64,000 bases of DNA from the NCBI RefSeq assembly GCF_023250475.1, contig NZ_JAHFAQ010000001.1:134-64133 (forward strand), read 5' to 3'. The stretch is from Sulfuricurvum sp. (GTDB lineage Bacteria; Campylobacterota; Campylobacteria; Campylobacterales; Sulfurimonadaceae). The position numbers were made by a program, and so were the translations under genes. A model generated the notes under the pieces. It made no database searches. It had not been told where the DNA came from and saw only the letters and a list, made by a program, of their open reading frames with translations. Position 1 is the first letter of the stretch, and every line of letters begins with the position of its first letter. This document shows positions 51,172 to 60,086 of the stretch, piece by piece.

Positions 51172-52530
51172 CTACATCTCCCACGGAGCCGGTTTTCCGA
51201 CATTGGCAAAAACAGGATTACGGAACGCGTATTTCAAATCTTCCGCGAGATTGAGCAATCCGCCGTATCCGCCGTAGCTCGTTTTCTTCTCCTGATTGAC
51301 ATCAATAAAGGAGATTTTTTTCTTGATCGCCGTATAGAGACTTCGCCCTCCCGCTAGGAGAATATGTGCCCCTGTAGAATCGATAATTTTTCCCTGCTCG
51401 GAAGCGGGCTTTGTCATCAAAACACCGTTCTCCCCCAAATATTCGCGCGCTTTATCAATATCATCCTGTGTCGATTTGGCAACACTCGTCGCTACCACTT
51501 CGATCCCCAAATCCTGCAACCCCGAAGCAATCGACCACGCTTTGTTTCCGCCGGTATTGAGAACCGCTTTTTTCCCGCTAAAGAGGGCTTTGTACGGAGC
51601 CAATTTCACTTCCAAAGCCGCCTCTTCCTCCGCGATCACGGCTTCGGCACGCGCAATGAGTTCAGGAGATCCCAAAGCGTTCACGATCTCTCGGATAGCA
51701 AACGATGTATCACGCTTGCCGTAAAACGACACCGATATCCACGGGATACCGTACTGCTCCTCCATTTTACGAGTCAACGTAATAAGCGATTTGGCGCAGA
51801 CGATAACATTGAGTTTGGCACGATGTGCCATGCGGATATCGCCTACCCGACCGTCACCGCTTAGTGAGCTGAGGATACGGATGCCGATCTTCTCAAAAAT
51901 AGGTAAATACTGCCACATATCCCCTGTTACGTTGTAATCACCGATAAGATTGATATCGTAAGGGGTTGTTTTTTCAGGCTCTTTCGTACCGATCAGATGT
52001 TCCAATACCGCTTCCCCGGCTAGACGTGAACCGAGATTTTTGCTTCCGACAAAACCTGCCGCATGAACCGGAACGACGGGAATCCCGTGTTTTTCACTTG
52101 CTCTCTTACAGGTCATATCGATATCATCTCCGACAAGTGCCGTTACACACGTCGAATAAACGAAAATTGCTTCGGGACGATAGTTTTCCATAATATAATC
52201 GATCGATGCGTCCAAACGCTTGTCCCCGCCGAATATGACGTCATTGGTCGTGATCCCAGTGGTAAATCCCATCTGGGTATGATCTCGTCCGGGATACGAC
52301 GTTTTTGTCTCACGAGTCTCCCATGATGCTCCCAGACACGTTTGGGGGCCATGAACAAGATGAATGGCATCCGAATATGGGAAAAGGGAAATTTGGGCAC
52401 CGTCAAAAGCGCATCCCCCTGCGGCAAGTCCCGGTTTAGGCTTATCGCACCCCTCTCCCGGTTTTTTCTCTTTGCTGTGTGAACAGGCGCTCTCATTCAT
52501 AAGTTCTTTAATTTTCGCGCGGCTGACCAT
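51172..52530 (-). CDS. nifE: Nitrogenase FeMo-cofactor scaffold NifE
   Basis: GGCAFDGAQI, VHGP..C, YSTCV.AL.GDD, SKNLGSRLAGEA, INLIGDYN. Confidence 0.93.
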   Translation of the reverse strand: MVSRAKIKELMNESACSHSKEKKPGEGCDKPKPGLAAGGCAFDGAQISLFPYSDAIHLVHGPQTCLGASWETRETKTSYPGRDHTQMGFTTGITTNDVIFGGDKRLDASIDYIMENYRPEAIFVYSTCVTALVGDDIDMTCKRASEKHGIPVVPVHAAGFVGSKNLGSRLAGEAVLEHLIGTKEPEKTTPYDINLIGDYNVTGDMWQYLPIFEKIGIRILSSLSGDGRVGDIRMAHRAKLNVIVCAKSLITLTRKMEEQYGIPWISVSFYGKRDTSFAIREIVNALGSPELIARAEAVIAEEEAALEVKLAPYKALFSGKKAVLNTGGNKAWSIASGLQDLGIEVVATSVAKSTQDDIDKAREYLGENGVLMTKPASEQGKIIDSTGAHILLAGGRSLYTAIKKKISFIDVNQEKKTSYGGYGGLLNLAEDLKYAFRNPVFANVGKPAPWEM

Positions 52531-52563
52531 AGGATACTCCTAAAGCTGAAGTATCCTTTCCAA

Positions 52564-52580
52564 TGCAAGAAGCGTGCGAG
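52564..52580 (-). promoter_or_regulatory. Non-canonical sigma54-like promoter of nifE
   Basis: CTCGCACGCTTCTTGCA, CG-N10-GC, 34 nt upstream of the ATG. Confidence 0.65.
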
Positions 52581-52589
52581 CAGAGGCTT

Positions 52590-53195
52590 TTACATTCGTT
52601 TAGTGGCGGTTACCAGAAATATCGGATAGTTTTTGTTCTCTTTCTCAACGCTATGGGCATGATGAAATCGGACATGATCAAATCCCGCTTTTTCAATCGT
52701 TTCACGCAATATCTCTCTCTCAAATCCCAAATGGTAGACTCCCTCATTTCCATGGGAATGGAAAGTTCCGTCTTCCGCTTCAAGATCGGCAATTGCGATA
52801 AATCCGTCTGGTTTGAGATGGTCGTGAAATGCGCTGAATAAAGCTGCCGTGTCTTGGACATGATGCATCGCCATTGAGCTGACAATCCCGTGAAACTGTT
52901 TTTCCAAAGCCTCTTCGCAAATATTTTGACAAATCGCTTCCACATACATATTTTCGGTATTTTTACTCTCCAGCTGCTCCAGCATCTTTTCGGAGAGATC
53001 GACGCCGGCAACACTTTTGACCATCGGAGCGATTTTAAAACTAAGCAGCCCCGTCCCCGCACCGAAATCCAAAATATTCATATGATTTAATAAAGCGATT
53101 CGGCTCGTAATGGTTTGAAAGACGGCTTGGGCGATATTTTGGCGCATATCTCCCTGATCCCATCCCACGGCGGCTTGGTTAAAACGTTCACTCAT
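52590..53195 (-). CDS. Class I SAM-dependent methyltransferase
   Basis: LDFGAGTG, GVDLS, SSMAMHH, IADL..EDGTFH. Confidence 0.88.
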   Translation of the reverse strand: MSERFNQAAVGWDQGDMRQNIAQAVFQTITSRIALLNHMNILDFGAGTGLLSFKIAPMVKSVAGVDLSEKMLEQLESKNTENMYVEAICQNICEEALEKQFHGIVSSMAMHHVQDTAALFSAFHDHLKPDGFIAIADLEAEDGTFHSHGNEGVYHLGFEREILRETIEKAGFDHVRFHHAHSVEKENKNYPIFLVTATKRM

Positions 53196-53337
53196 CTTTG
53201 ACTCTTTATCGTAGGTATTTATAATGTGTATTATAAAGCATATCCATTAATATAGATACCGTAAACTTTTCTTTATGATTACGAGAGTACCATATTATAA
53301 GAATCATTTAAAATCTTCGAAATAACAGGAGAATCAG

Positions 53338-53760
53338 ATGGGACACAATGGAAAGTTTATTATTGTTGCAGATATGAGTGAACTGAAAAGTTATGAAGTA
53401 AAGTGGATCAGCGGAACGGATCGCTATCATTTGGATCTTAAGTACGATTTAGACTACATTGACGGACGTCAAGCTATCAGTAAACAACTCAGTGACGATC
53501 GAGGCCGATTCGGTCACGACAGCGGTGATGATTACGGGATAGAGCACGAAAGCGAACAGCGTTTGATTCGTCATATCGCAAACGATATCTCTGCATTTTT
53601 ATCTGATGTTCCGGAAAGTTCCTGTTATCTTGCATTTCCCGCAAAGCATCACAAAGAGCTGACGGAAGCCCTCTCCGAAACCGCCCGCAAAGCATTGGCA
53701 AAAAATATTGCGGCCGATCTCATTAACTGTCCTGCAGAGGATTTGCTCTCTCATTTTTGA
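53338..53760 (+). CDS. Host attachment protein (AtsE/baeRF12-like)
   Basis: IIVAD...L..Y, SDDRGRF, helical C-terminus with ..IAADL; AGGAG RBS. Confidence 0.65.
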   Translation: MGHNGKFIIVADMSELKSYEVKWISGTDRYHLDLKYDLDYIDGRQAISKQLSDDRGRFGHDSGDDYGIEHESEQRLIRHIANDISAFLSDVPESSCYLAFPAKHHKELTEALSETARKALAKNIAADLINCPAEDLLSHF

Positions 53761-53797
53761 GTATTCATGAACACTAAACGGGAAACGGGTCTGACGA

Positions 53798-54220
53798 TCA
53801 CCCTTCCCCTCCGTTCATCTTTCCTCTCATCTTTTTAATATTCCCGTGCTTCGTCTTGCTGTCCATCCGCCGTTTCTGCGAATTGCGGGTCGGTTTGGTC
53901 GCTTTACGTTTTTTTTGCGTCACCATAACACTTTTAATAAGTTCTTTGAGCCGCTCCAATGCCGCGTCTTTGTTCTCTTCCTGACTCCTCGATTCTTGGG
54001 ATTTGATATTGATCATCCCCGCTTTGGTGATCCGATGATCGGCCAATTCCAAAAGACGCTCTTTATAGAGGTCCGGAAGCGTTGAAGCGTTGATATCAAA
54101 GCGTAAATGGATTGCCGTAGATACCTTGTTGACATTCTGCCCGCCAGAGCCCTGAGAGCGGATCGCCGTAATCTCGATCTCGGTATCGGGGATCGTGATC
54201 GTATTTGAAATAATCAGCAT
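53798..54220 (-). CDS. arfB: Alternative ribosome rescue peptidyl-tRNA hydrolase
   Basis: RSQGSGGQNVNKVST, RSQEENK, basic tail RKATKPT.....RR. Confidence 0.92.
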   Translation of the reverse strand: MLIISNTITIPDTEIEITAIRSQGSGGQNVNKVSTAIHLRFDINASTLPDLYKERLLELADHRITKAGMINIKSQESRSQEENKDAALERLKELIKSVMVTQKKRKATKPTRNSQKRRMDSKTKHGNIKKMRGKMNGGEG

Positions 54221-54301
54221 ACTATAGATTTTCCTCCCCTTTTTACCGTTTTTTTGTTATCATCAATGATAGTTAAATTTTTGTTAAAAAAGGGGCATAT
54301 C

Positions 54302-54640
54302 ATGAGTACACGACACGATCTGGATCTCAAAGCATTCGAAGCGATCCTCAAAACAGAAAAAGCAAAAATAGAAAAAAATATTTCTCTCACCAAAGCGGAG
54401 CTAAACGGCATTGTAAACGAAGATGAAATCGATGATATAGAAGACATGGCAGGACTTGAAATCAACAATACAACCGACCAAGCGCTTTTGCAAAAGTTGG
54501 AAGCGGAGATGGCCGAAATCAATGCGGCACTCAACAAAATCGCACTGGGGAGCTACGGTATTTGTGAAAGAACCGGTAAACCAATCCCTGTTGCGAGATT
54601 AAATGCCAACCCTACGGCACGAACCGTCGTAGGCGAGTAA
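54302..54640 (+). CDS. DksA/TraR-like protein with degenerate (1-Cys) zinc site
   Basis: DIEDMA (DxxDxA) tip; GSYGICERTGKPIPVARL.ANPTART; start adjusted to ATG 54302. Confidence 0.8.
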   Translation: MSTRHDLDLKAFEAILKTEKAKIEKNISLTKAELNGIVNEDEIDDIEDMAGLEINNTTDQALLQKLEAEMAEINAALNKIALGSYGICERTGKPIPVARLNANPTARTVVGE

Positions 54641-54650
54641 AAGAGTTACG

Positions 54651-55124
54651 ATGCCGTATCCTGATCATTTACATAACCATTTAAGCCAAATTGCCGAAAA
54701 AATGGGGATCGATCCCGCAGAAATGACGGTGGTAAAAATGTCGCCCGGTTCGGATGAACGGCACCGGCAGCTTGAACTGTTGCAAGGAGGCTGGAATCAA
54801 GAACAGCCGTGGATCATTGTTGATGAAGAGGATCAGGTGTATGCTTTGACCTCTGTCGAATCTATATCCAAGATCGTACGACTGCTAAGTGTTAGTCAAA
54901 GCGAAAATTTTCAGCATAAACTTGAAAAAGCGATTTGGCAACAATTGCCGATCGACTTTGAGGATGTATGGGAAGTGGCGATGGATCGGATTCGGACAAT
55001 GGCTCGTACACAGTCCGACAGTACAATCGTCAGCATCGATTTGGATTGGCTTGTGAACGAAATAAAGCAAAAGTATCCGAATCTTTTTTATCATCTCGAT
55101 CAGATACTGAGACAAAAAGAATAA
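54651..55124 (+). CDS. DUF2603 family protein
   Basis: PW..VDE, LEKAIWQQLPIDFEDVW.VAM, IK.KYPNLF. Confidence 0.75.
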   Translation: MPYPDHLHNHLSQIAEKMGIDPAEMTVVKMSPGSDERHRQLELLQGGWNQEQPWIIVDEEDQVYALTSVESISKIVRLLSVSQSENFQHKLEKAIWQQLPIDFEDVWEVAMDRIRTMARTQSDSTIVSIDLDWLVNEIKQKYPNLFYHLDQILRQKE

Positions 55125-55144
55125 ATAGACTACGGAGAAATCAC

Positions 55145-55768
55145 ATGCATAGCAATCAACAGCTTATTGATCATCTGATTGCCTCAGGAGTTCTCCGTTC
55201 TCTTTCTCTGATCAACGCCTTCAAAAAATGCGACCGTATTGATTTTGTCCCCGAAGAGTTTCGTCCGTATGCATACGAAGACCGTCCTTTGCCGATCTCA
55301 AATGGGCAAACGATATCCCAGCCCTACACCGTTGCGATTATGCTGGAGCTTCTCCAACCGCACAGCGGTGACAAAGTATTGGATATCGGTTCCGGATCGG
55401 GGTGGACGACGGCGCTTTTAGCCACAACAGTAGGAGAATCGGGATTTGTTGAGGGGATTGATATTATCCCTTCCCTTGTTGAATACGGGAAAGAAAACTT
55501 ACAGACGGCAGGTATATACAATGCTTCCATTAGCTTGATCGATTCTCAAATTCTCGGAAAACCGGGACGACGGTATGACCGTATCCTTGTCTCTGCAAGC
55601 GCACCCGAAATGCCAAGGGCTCTGTTCGATCAACTCAAATCGGGTGGGACACTCGTCATCCCTGTACAAAACAGTATTTGGCGCCTCACCAAACATGAGG
55701 ACGAAACCTTTGACGCCTATGAGCTCCCCGGGTTTGTTTTTGTCCCTCTTATCGGCTCAAAAACATGA
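55145..55768 (+). CDS. pcm: Protein-L-isoaspartate O-methyltransferase
   Basis: AYEDRPLPI..GQTISQPYTVA, VLDIGSGSGW, FVFVPL; start adjusted to ATG 55145. Confidence 0.88.
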   Translation: MHSNQQLIDHLIASGVLRSLSLINAFKKCDRIDFVPEEFRPYAYEDRPLPISNGQTISQPYTVAIMLELLQPHSGDKVLDIGSGSGWTTALLATTVGESGFVEGIDIIPSLVEYGKENLQTAGIYNASISLIDSQILGKPGRRYDRILVSASAPEMPRALFDQLKSGGTLVIPVQNSIWRLTKHEDETFDAYELPGFVFVPLIGSKT

Positions 55769-58284
55769 GGGCAAAAACCGAATGGGTTGGATTGAGCAGT
55801 AATGAAGCAATAGCTAAACGAATGCAATACGGCTCCAATGTACTCCCCGAAACGGAACCTAAAAAATTCTCCCGTATTCTGATAGACGTCATTAAAGAAC
55901 CGATGTTTTTGATGCTGCTAATCGCCGGAACGATCTATCTGGCGTTAGGGGACAAAGCAGAAGCTTTTTTTCTATTAACCTTTGTCTTTGCCGTTATAGG
56001 TATGACGCTGTTTCAAGAGCACAAAACGCAGCGTGCGCTGGAATCACTGCGCGATCTTTCCGCTCCCCGTGCGTTGGTGATTCGAGACGGTGTAGAGATC
56101 CGTATTCCAGGACGAGAGGTGGTTCAAGGCGATCTGATGGTTCTGCACGAAGGAGATCGTATCGCCGCCGATGCGCGGCTGCTGGAAGGGCAATTATCGG
56201 TCGATGAATCACTCCTGAGCGGAGAATCGGTGCCGGTGAACAAAGCAGCCGAAGGGTTGTTATTTGCCAGTACCGTAGTCACCAAAGGAGTCGGGTTCGC
56301 GAGAGTCCATGCTGTCGGAATAGATACGGCCATCGGGCATATAGGTCAATCGCTGAGCAGAACCGAAGAGAGCGTATCCGCTCTGCAAAAAGATTCCCGA
56401 TCCCTTATCCGCGTGCTAAGCCTGATCGCTGTAGGGGTGGCATGTTCGCTAATCCTTGTTAATTGGGGGTTGAATCACCTTTCATTGCTAGAAAGTCTTC
56501 TCTCCGGAATCGCTCTGGCAATGGCTATCCTTCCCGAAGAGATCCCCGTCATTCTGACTGTATTTTTGGCTCTCGGTGCTTGGCGCATCACGAAAATAAA
56601 GGTACTGACCCGCCGTGTATCCGCGGTAGAAGCGTTAGGGGCGATCACTATCCTCGCCGTAGATAAAACCGGAACATTGACTCAAAACCGGATGCAGATT
56701 GCCGAATTATCAGCAGAGGATAGAACGTTTAGTACCGACCAAGAAAACAAACTTCCTGAAATATTTCACTCATTAGTCGAATTTGCTATTCTCGCAACCC
56801 CTACTGATCCGTATGATCCGATGGAAAAAGCGATCCAATCGTTTGGACATGCACACTTAGTAGGCACGGAACATCTTCATGATGAGTGTAATCCCGAGTT
56901 TCATTACGAGCTCTCGGCAGACATTATGGCGATGACCCGGGTCTATTCGGACATCGATCCCTCATTGCACCTCCTCGCGACGAAAGGTTCTCCCGAAGCC
57001 ATCATCGATTTGTGCCATCTCTCGGAAACCAGACGCCGTGATATCCAATCTCAGGTTGAAGATATGGCTTCTCGCGGTCTGCGGGTATTGGGGATAGCCA
57101 GAGGCGAGCTGGAAGCGACTGAATCGGAGCCGATTTGGCCCAAAAGCCAACATGATTTTGATTTTATTTTTTTGGGGCTTATCGGCTTTATGGATCCGCC
57201 GCGTCCCGAAGTTTCTACCACACTCACCGAATGCCGAAATGCCGGGATACGCGTGCTTATGCTGACGGGAGATCATCCGGCTACGGCACGTGCTATCGCA
57301 CGACAGGTGGGATTGTCTGATCGCCCTAACGTGATCACAGGCGATGAAATTTCGAGACTGAACGATGAAACTTTACTCGTATGGCTTCAAGAGTGCGATA
57401 TCTGCGCCCGTATGCAGCCCGAACAAAAACTCCGCCTAGTTCGGCTGTTGCAGCAAAACGGCGATACCGTGGGAATGACCGGCGACGGCGTCAACGATGC
57501 ACCGGCACTGAAAGCGGCGGATGTAGGGATTGCCATGGGCGAGCGGGGAACCGATGTGGCGCGTGAAGCGGCCGCCATTGTCTTATTAAATGATAGTTTT
57601 GCCAGTATTGTCGCCGCAATCCGGCAAGGGAGAACTATCTATGACAATATTACCAAAGCGACCCGTTTTACCTTTGCCGTCCATATCCCTATCATTGCTC
57701 TAACACTGATACCTGCACTGCTGCAATGGCCGACGTTGCTGATGCCGCTTCATATCGTACTGCTTGAACTGCTAATCGATCCTGCCTGTGCCGTTGTTTT
57801 TGAAGCGGAAAGCGCAGCAAAAAACATTATGAAGCGTCCGCCGCGCCATTTGAGCACAACCCCTTTTAGTAGAAAAAACATAGGATATGCATTGATTCAG
57901 GGAGCGGGAATCGCACTTATCTTGCTGATCCGTTATCTCCAATTGCTGCAGATGGGATGGATGATCCATTCCATTCAAAGCACCCTATTTACAGCGCTGG
58001 TTTTTGCCTTATTTCTGCTGGTACTAGTCAACAGCGATTTTGCCGATTCCATCCCATTTAGTTTTAATCGAGCCAATCCGATGCTGATTTATATGTTTGG
58101 AGGAGTAATAGGGCTGCTTGCGGTAGTATTATTGATTCCCGTTTTGCGGGATATGCTCGGGTTTGCTCAACTTACCCTCTCTCACATCAGCGGAGCGGGG
58201 GTACTCTTTGGTATTTGCGGAATATGGCTATTGCTGATGCAGGGGATACATAACCGTTGGTTAGAGCCAAACACCGTCAATTGA
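55765..58284 (+). CDS. Cation-translocating P-type ATPase (P2-like)
   Basis: LSGES, PEEIP, DKTGTLT, TGDH, MTGDGVNDAPALK. Confidence 0.92.
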   Translation: MRAKTEWVGLSSNEAIAKRMQYGSNVLPETEPKKFSRILIDVIKEPMFLMLLIAGTIYLALGDKAEAFFLLTFVFAVIGMTLFQEHKTQRALESLRDLSAPRALVIRDGVEIRIPGREVVQGDLMVLHEGDRIAADARLLEGQLSVDESLLSGESVPVNKAAEGLLFASTVVTKGVGFARVHAVGIDTAIGHIGQSLSRTEESVSALQKDSRSLIRVLSLIAVGVACSLILVNWGLNHLSLLESLLSGIALAMAILPEEIPVILTVFLALGAWRITKIKVLTRRVSAVEALGAITILAVDKTGTLTQNRMQIAELSAEDRTFSTDQENKLPEIFHSLVEFAILATPTDPYDPMEKAIQSFGHAHLVGTEHLHDECNPEFHYELSADIMAMTRVYSDIDPSLHLLATKGSPEAIIDLCHLSETRRRDIQSQVEDMASRGLRVLGIARGELEATESEPIWPKSQHDFDFIFLGLIGFMDPPRPEVSTTLTECRNAGIRVLMLTGDHPATARAIARQVGLSDRPNVITGDEISRLNDETLLVWLQECDICARMQPEQKLRLVRLLQQNGDTVGMTGDGVNDAPALKAADVGIAMGERGTDVAREAAAIVLLNDSFASIVAAIRQGRTIYDNITKATRFTFAVHIPIIALTLIPALLQWPTLLMPLHIVLLELLIDPACAVVFEAESAAKNIMKRPPRHLSTTPFSRKNIGYALIQGAGIALILLIRYLQLLQMGWMIHSIQSTLFTALVFALFLLVLVNSDFADSIPFSFNRANPMLIYMFGGVIGLLAVVLLIPVLRDMLGFAQLTLSHISGAGVLFGICGIWLLLMQGIHNRWLEPNTVN

Positions 58285-58366
58285 AAGATTGACGAGTTGG
58301 TGACAAATTGATCAAGGCAACCATACCGATCATGAAAGTCCCTATAGCATTCTCTGATTTTTAGCT

Positions 58367-60001
58367 CTATGTTCTAAATTGCTTCAACTGAGCATTCAGA
58401 TTTTCGCTCATCTCATCAAGATTTTTTGACGTATCGGCTATTTGTTCCACACTGACGGCATTGGAAGCCGAAGAGACGTTGATAGACTGGAAAAGTGCCG
58501 ATACGCTGTTGATCGCCGTTTTGGCACGTTCCGATTCTTTGGCCGTTATTTCAACTTTTTCTTTGGCCTTTGACATCGTCTCAACCGTCGTCATGATAAC
58601 GTCTTGAACCGATTTGGACGATTCGGAAGTCGCCTGAATCGCTTTGGCGTTGATCTCCATCTTTTCTCCGGCGTCATTGATCGATTGAAGGATAATTTGA
58701 ATGGTCGAATTGATCTCCAAGAGACTTTTTTGGGTACGTTCCGCCAATTTACGCACTTCATCGGCAACAACCGCAAAACCGCGTCCGTGTTCACCTGCAC
58801 GGGCAGCTTCGATTGCCGCATTCAATGCCAAAAGGTTGGTTTGATCGGCGATATCACCGATAATTGTCAGAATCGACTGGACTTGAACCGCCTCTTGGGA
58901 AAGCCGTTCCAAATCCTCCGCCAACTCACTCTCGGCTTGTGAACTGTGCTGAATATTATCATCCATACAGGCAATTTTCTCTTTGGCTTCTTGCAACATC
59001 GTATTGGCGTTTTCGATCTCTTTAACCATTTGCATCGACTGCAACGTCGTTGATTCGATAATTTTTTCGACGTTTATTAGTTCGTGCTGATTGACGACAA
59101 TCTCGTTCGCATTTTTTTCGATCCGCTTACCGATATCCAAAGATGTCGAACTCAGTTCAGCCGCCGTCTCACCGTTTTTTAGTGAGATGTTTTTAATATC
59201 TCTCATCACTTTTTGCATCGTGTCAAGAGATTCATTAATGTTCAATGCCGCAGCTGAAATCTCGTCTTTTCCGCTAATAGCAATACGATGCGTTAAATTT
59301 CCGTTCAGAAGTTCATTCGCCAATACCGACATCGAACCGATTTTCTTCAAGATGATCTGAATCGATTGATACACGATAACAATGACACCGATAAAAATAA
59401 CCGTAAAGAGGACAAAAAGCTTCACACTTTCGGTTTTCAAAAGATCCGATGCTTTTGTTTCATTGCTTTGGGCGTATTCGTTGGAAAGGACGACAATTTC
59501 ATCAACCGCTTTACGGTGCTCGAAATAAGCCTCTTTAAGTTCTCCCGATGCCAGAGAAGAAGCATAACTCAAATCACCCGAACGGATCGCGGGTATGTAT
59601 TTTTTCTCCAGTATCTCATAATATTTCATGGCGGGTGCATACGCTTTGTCGATCATCAGGGGACGGATTTTATCATGATGGAGGTTGTCTACCCAATATT
59701 GGTGGCGCTGTTTATACTCGTCCTGAAGCCGATTGAGTGTTTTAATAAATTCGGCGAGTTCCACACTGTTTTTGGTTTGAAGCATTTCCAAACTGACCAA
59801 ACGTGTCTCGATAATGTACTCAGGGGGAGGAAGGATGTCAGCGATCAGATCTTTCGTCTGGACGATCTCGTGATAAAGTTCTCCGTTAATTTTGATAGCG
59901 CTCATAGCCATGTATGAAAAGAGTGCGAATAGTGAAAAACCTGCCGCAAAAATTACGGCAGACATCCATAATCTCGCTTTAATTGTCAATGATTGAAACA
60001 T
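58367..60001 (-). CDS. Methyl-accepting chemotaxis protein
   Basis: Two [44 protein letters not shown]. Confidence 0.95.
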   Translation of the reverse strand: MFQSLTIKARLWMSAVIFAAGFSLFALFSYMAMSAIKINGELYHEIVQTKDLIADILPPPEYIIETRLVSLEMLQTKNSVELAEFIKTLNRLQDEYKQRHQYWVDNLHHDKIRPLMIDKAYAPAMKYYEILEKKYIPAIRSGDLSYASSLASGELKEAYFEHRKAVDEIVVLSNEYAQSNETKASDLLKTESVKLFVLFTVIFIGVIVIVYQSIQIILKKIGSMSVLANELLNGNLTHRIAISGKDEISAAALNINESLDTMQKVMRDIKNISLKNGETAAELSSTSLDIGKRIEKNANEIVVNQHELINVEKIIESTTLQSMQMVKEIENANTMLQEAKEKIACMDDNIQHSSQAESELAEDLERLSQEAVQVQSILTIIGDIADQTNLLALNAAIEAARAGEHGRGFAVVADEVRKLAERTQKSLLEINSTIQIILQSINDAGEKMEINAKAIQATSESSKSVQDVIMTTVETMSKAKEKVEITAKESERAKTAINSVSALFQSINVSSASNAVSVEQIADTSKNLDEMSENLNAQLKQFRT

Positions 60002-60086
60002 TACGAATTGCCTTTTTATTAAACATTTTTTCGGAAGTATACCGCTCTAATGTTGCAAAAGGATCGCAAATTGCTTAAAAAAGATA

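Noticed and set aside
52634-52649. Possible NifA UAS upstream of the nifE promoter
   Set aside because: Best match is TGT-N10-AAC, not TGT-N10-ACA; nothing equivalent upstream of nifN.
54214-54537. 107-aa minus ORF and 40303-40701 minus ORF
   Set aside because: Antisense to well-supported genes (DksA-like; nnrS/sensor); low-information sequence.
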